Assembly: GCA_037443105.1 (NCBI GenBank)
Contig: JBBIOZ010000006.1
Location: 1 to 35,976 of the forward strand
DNA length: 35,976 nt
Source: Methanocellales archaeon
Lineage (GTDB): Archaea > Halobacteriota > JAWCLZ01
Direction of reading: 5' to 3'
In this document: piece after piece, positions 32,795 through 35,976 of the stretch
Numbering within the stretch: position 1 is the first letter of the stretch
Layout: each line of letters starts with the position of its first letter
Notes under the pieces: generated by a model
What the model was told of the DNA's origin: nothing
The model's input: the letters and a program-made list of their open reading frames with translations, nothing else
Databases searched by the model: none
Program-made: the position numbers and the translations under genes

Positions 32795-34296
32795 TGATGA
32801 CATTTCCATATCTCTCAGCTCTACTTGCGGTTCCATTGATCGGTGCAATCTTAGTATTCTTAGTCAGGGGAGATAAACTCATCAAGGGTATTTCGATAGC
32901 AGCCAGTTTCATAGATCTCGCGATTGCTTTAGCTGCTTATGCAAATTTTGATTCAAGTTACTCCGGCTATCAATTTTTAGAAGGCCCATATACTTGGATT
33001 CGCGAGGCAGGCATAGCATATCTAGTTGGAGTCGATGGACTGAGCTTCCCGCTGGTTATACTTACCACCATAATCGCATTTGTTGCAATTGTTTATTCAT
33101 GGGGCGAGAAACATAGAGTCAAAGAGTTCTTTGGCTTGCTCCTGCTGATGGAAGTGGGCTTGCTTGGGGTATTTTTATCGCTTGACTTCTTCATGTTCTA
33201 CATCTTCTGGGAAGTGGTGCTAATTCCAATGTATTTCTTAATTGCAATCTGGGGCGGACCAAGGAGAGACTACGCTTCCATCAAGTTCTTCATTTATACC
33301 CACGTAGCTGGAGTGGTAATGCTGCTTGGAATCTTGGCAATGTATTTCCACGCTGCAAGTGTGCGAGGCTATTACACCTTCAGCATGCTTGAGATTTCAA
33401 CTGTGCAATTCCCCCTTGCATTTCAATCAATCGTATTCCTAGCACTCTTCTTCGGATTTGGCGTGAAAATGCCGGTTTTCCCATTCCACACTTGGCTGCC
33501 AGATGCACACGTTGAGGCACCAACCCCTGGAAGTGTATATCTAGCTGCAGTTATGTTGAAAATGGGAGGCTATGGTTTAATACGCATCGCTGTAATGATG
33601 CTGCCAGATGGAGCAAAGCAATACACTTGGCTCCTAATAGCCATAGGCGTGCTCAGCATGGTATACGGAGCCATGATTGCCCTTGCAGCTGAAGATTTGA
33701 AAAGAATGATCGCGCTTTCAAGCATAAGCCATATGGGCTATGTTACCTTGGGTATCGCAACATTAAACATCTATGGTTTAAGTGGAGCAATGTTCCAGAT
33801 GTTCGCTCACGGAATAATCTCAGGAGCGCTATTTATGATTGCTGGCTCTGTTCACCACATCGCAGGCACTAGGTTGATAAACTATTTAGGCGGTCTTGCA
33901 GGTAGACTGCCGCTGCTTGGCACTGTAACAATGGTTAGCTTCCTTGCATCGGTTGGTGTTCCAAGCATGGCTGGCTTCATAGCTGAATTCTTAGTATTCA
34001 CAGGTGCATTCAAAGCCTTTGTAACCGAATCAAGCACCTACGCGCCTTGGATCTACTTCAGCTTGGTAACGATAGCATTAACAGCTGCATATTATCTCTG
34101 GGCGATGCAGCGTGCAATGTTCGGCCCATACAATGAAAAACTGGGAGCACATCCGCATGATCTTCCTCCACATGAATTCATACCTCTGGCGATACTTGTG
34201 GCATTGATGCTTGCTTTCGGGACCTGGCCCGCGCCGCTGATGAATATGATCAATACTTATGCGCATCAAATGATACTGGTGGCAGGAGGGATCTAA
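32794..34296 (+). CDS. fpoM: complex I-type subunit M (FpoM/NuoM, antiporter-like)
   Basis: 500 aa with the FWEVVLIPMYFLI and PFHTWLPDAHVEAPT motifs. A GTG/ATG start overlaps the fpoL stop. Confidence 0.9.
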   Translation: MMTFPYLSALLAVPLIGAILVFLVRGDKLIKGISIAASFIDLAIALAAYANFDSSYSGYQFLEGPYTWIREAGIAYLVGVDGLSFPLVILTTIIAFVAIVYSWGEKHRVKEFFGLLLLMEVGLLGVFLSLDFFMFYIFWEVVLIPMYFLIAIWGGPRRDYASIKFFIYTHVAGVVMLLGILAMYFHAASVRGYYTFSMLEISTVQFPLAFQSIVFLALFFGFGVKMPVFPFHTWLPDAHVEAPTPGSVYLAAVMLKMGGYGLIRIAVMMLPDGAKQYTWLLIAIGVLSMVYGAMIALAAEDLKRMIALSSISHMGYVTLGIATLNIYGLSGAMFQMFAHGIISGALFMIAGSVHHIAGTRLINYLGGLAGRLPLLGTVTMVSFLASVGVPSMAGFIAEFLVFTGAFKAFVTESSTYAPWIYFSLVTIALTAAYYLWAMQRAMFGPYNEKLGAHPHDLPPHEFIPLAILVALMLAFGTWPAPLMNMINTYAHQMILVAGGI

Positions 34297-34297
34297 A

Positions 34298-35776
34298 ATG
34301 GACTACGCCTTAGTGGCACCTGAATTATTACTTGTGATATTCGCACTGATAATACCCCTTATAGGTCTATTCGCAGTAAAGGATAATGCAAAAGCACTTG
34401 GAGGCTTGGGATTAATAGCATTGCTAGCTGCATTTGCGCTCACACTGCAGTTAATAGGAGTGGATCAAACTTTATTTGAAGTATACAAGGTTGACTCATA
34501 TTCGCTATTCTTCAAACTGGTCTTTCTAACTGTAGGTATACTTGTAGCGATAGCTTCAATATTATATGTCGGGAAAGAGCCGCATCAGGCTGAGTATTAT
34601 TCACTCCTATTGCTCGCAATCGTGGGAATGATGGTGGTTGCATCAGCAAGCGATCTAATAACATTATTTGTGGGACTCGAACTCGCAAGTTTGAGCACTT
34701 ATGCGCTTGCAGCTTTTGTCAAGCGAGACCCTGAGTGCAGTGAAGCAGCAATGAAATACTTCTTAATAGGCGCATTATCCTCCGCCTTAGCACTCTACGG
34801 CATCTCGCTGATATATGGAATCACAGGCACAACTAACTTACTCCTCGCAGCTAAGTCACAAGCAATAGTTGCTTTCGAACCAGTTGCAGTGATTGCAGCA
34901 GTTTTCCTTATAGCTGGCTTTGGCTTCAAAATGGCAGCAGTGCCATTTCATATGTGGGCTCCAGATACCTATCAAGGCGCGCCTACCACTGTATCTGCAT
35001 TTCTCGCCGCTGGGTCTAAAAAAATGGGCTTTGCAGCTGCATTTAAGATATTCATCATAGCCTTGATTGCAATTAAAGCAAACTGGACTTTGCTGTTTGG
35101 AATAATTGCAGCAATTACCATGACCCTAGGCAATGTCGTGGCGGTTGCACAAACCAGCATAAAGCGCATGCTGGCATATTCCAGCATTGGCCAGGCCGGC
35201 TATATAATGGTTGGCCTAGCGGTGGCAACACCACTTGGGGTTGCCTCTGGCCTGCTTCAAGCTTTCGCACACGGCATAATGAAGGCAGGGGCATTTATTG
35301 CAGCTGCAGCTGTAACATATATGCTGGTAAGGGATTATGGATCGAAGTATAGAGCTCAAACCAACGGCGGTGAAATCTCAACTGATGATATTGAAGCATA
35401 TGCTGGACTTGGCAAGCGCGCGCCTATAACAGCTTTCTGCATGCTCATATTCCTGCTTTCCCTAGCAGGAGTGCCCCCTCTATTTGGCTTTGTCAGCAAG
35501 TTCTGGATCGTGATGGCAGCAATTCAAGCAGGTGGCTCTGCGGTATGGCTTGCAGTAATACTGGTATTGAACAGTGCGCTCTCGGTGTATTATTATGTGA
35601 GAGTGATTAGATATATGTATGTGGTGCCAGCTAGAGAGGCCGCGGTAGTGAGGGGGGAGCCGGCTGCATTTACAGTGCCGCTTGTAATTGCAACTGTGGC
35701 ACTCTTCGCCCTAGGATTATGGCCGGATAAAATAGTTAGCTTTGCGATGGATGCTGCTAGAGCAATAATTCCCTAG
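34298..35776 (+). CDS. fpoN: complex I-type subunit N (FpoN/NuoN, antiporter-like)
   Basis: 492 aa with the GLELASLSTYAL and VPFHMWAPDTYQGAPT motifs. Confidence 0.9.
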   Translation: MDYALVAPELLLVIFALIIPLIGLFAVKDNAKALGGLGLIALLAAFALTLQLIGVDQTLFEVYKVDSYSLFFKLVFLTVGILVAIASILYVGKEPHQAEYYSLLLLAIVGMMVVASASDLITLFVGLELASLSTYALAAFVKRDPECSEAAMKYFLIGALSSALALYGISLIYGITGTTNLLLAAKSQAIVAFEPVAVIAAVFLIAGFGFKMAAVPFHMWAPDTYQGAPTTVSAFLAAGSKKMGFAAAFKIFIIALIAIKANWTLLFGIIAAITMTLGNVVAVAQTSIKRMLAYSSIGQAGYIMVGLAVATPLGVASGLLQAFAHGIMKAGAFIAAAAVTYMLVRDYGSKYRAQTNGGEISTDDIEAYAGLGKRAPITAFCMLIFLLSLAGVPPLFGFVSKFWIVMAAIQAGGSAVWLAVILVLNSALSVYYYVRVIRYMYVVPAREAAVVRGEPAAFTVPLVIATVALFALGLWPDKIVSFAMDAARAIIP

Positions 35777-35777
35777 G

Positions 35778-35797
35778 TTTCTTTTTATTTTTATTTT
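35778..35797 (+). terminator. oligo-T tract immediately after fpoN (candidate operon terminator)
   Basis: TTTCTTTTTATTTTTATTTT starts 2 nt after the TAG stop. Confidence 0.4.
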
Positions 35798-35976
35798 AAT
35801 CCTTGACTTTATTAGATAAAACTTATTGATTTATTCAAAAAAAGCGAAAATATAATTAAAAATTTGCCATGATTGCAAAAGATTTATATACTTGAAAATG
35901 CTAATATATTCTTGCCATAGAGACACTCCCTATACTATGGCCCCCTATCTAGAAGGGTCAGAGCTTGTTTTCCCCT

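Noticed and set aside
35914-35976. 7-bp inverted repeat GCCATAG/CTATGGC and an ATG at 35937 opening a reading frame to the window edge, downstream of a TATA-like GATTTATATAC
   Set aside because: Only 13 codons are visible and the hairpin is weak. This is not enough to call a gene (for example fpoO) or an RNA.

Overview
This is an archaeal chromosomal window made almost entirely of tightly packed housekeeping and energy-metabolism operons. There are no IS elements, CRISPR arrays or prophage genes. The gene content points to a Methanosarcinales-type methanogen or methanotroph; that assignment is an inference from gene content only. The supporting features are an fwdDBAC formylmethanofuran dehydrogenase operon, an Fpo/Nuo-type complex I operon with a split J subunit and no electron-input module, an aIF2-beta with a C-terminal TRAM domain, and a presenilin homologue.

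From left to right the window contains:
- a truncated hypothetical gene, a radical SAM enzyme, a presenilin/SPP-like protease, a NOG1-type GTPase and a small membrane protein;
- fwdDBAC on the minus strand;
- a VapBC-like toxin-antitoxin pair and a Thr/Pro-rich secreted protein with an archaeosortase-like C-terminus;
- divergent tRNA-Thr(CGU) and an intron-containing tRNA-Arg(CCU);
- a frameshifted Tat-lipoprotein SagB-type nitroreductase, an Sm-like protein and an HhH-GPD glycosylase;
- hypC-hypB-hypA-hypD and a RecJ/GAN-like DHH phosphoesterase;
- a biotin operon on the minus strand: acyl-CoA carboxyltransferase, small subunit, BCCP, biotin carboxylase fused to a biotin-protein-ligase domain, then BirA;
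- a PHP phosphoesterase, a dihydropteroate-synthase-like methanopterin biosynthesis protein, a methyltransferase coupled to aIF2-beta, an Icc-like metallophosphoesterase and a CYTH protein;
- a 12-gene fpo/nuo ABCDHIJ1J2KLMN operon.

The most unusual item is the biotin cluster. An intact biotin carboxylase is fused to a full-length paralogue of the adjacent BirA. The biotinyl-AMP loop of that paralogue is degenerate (ARAKMGE instead of GKGRLGR), and the fusion is translationally coupled to a canonical wHTH-BirA.

Secondary items are:
- a 15-nt tRNA intron at a non-canonical 29/30 position with a recognisable bulge-helix-bulge;
- an FpoD/NuoD whose quinone-site GPQHPxxHG signature is degenerate;
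- a BCCP-N-terminus paralogue with an internal WSLxGRxxLM repeat;
- several exact short repeats and palindromes in promoter regions.

I cannot verify novelty without database searches.
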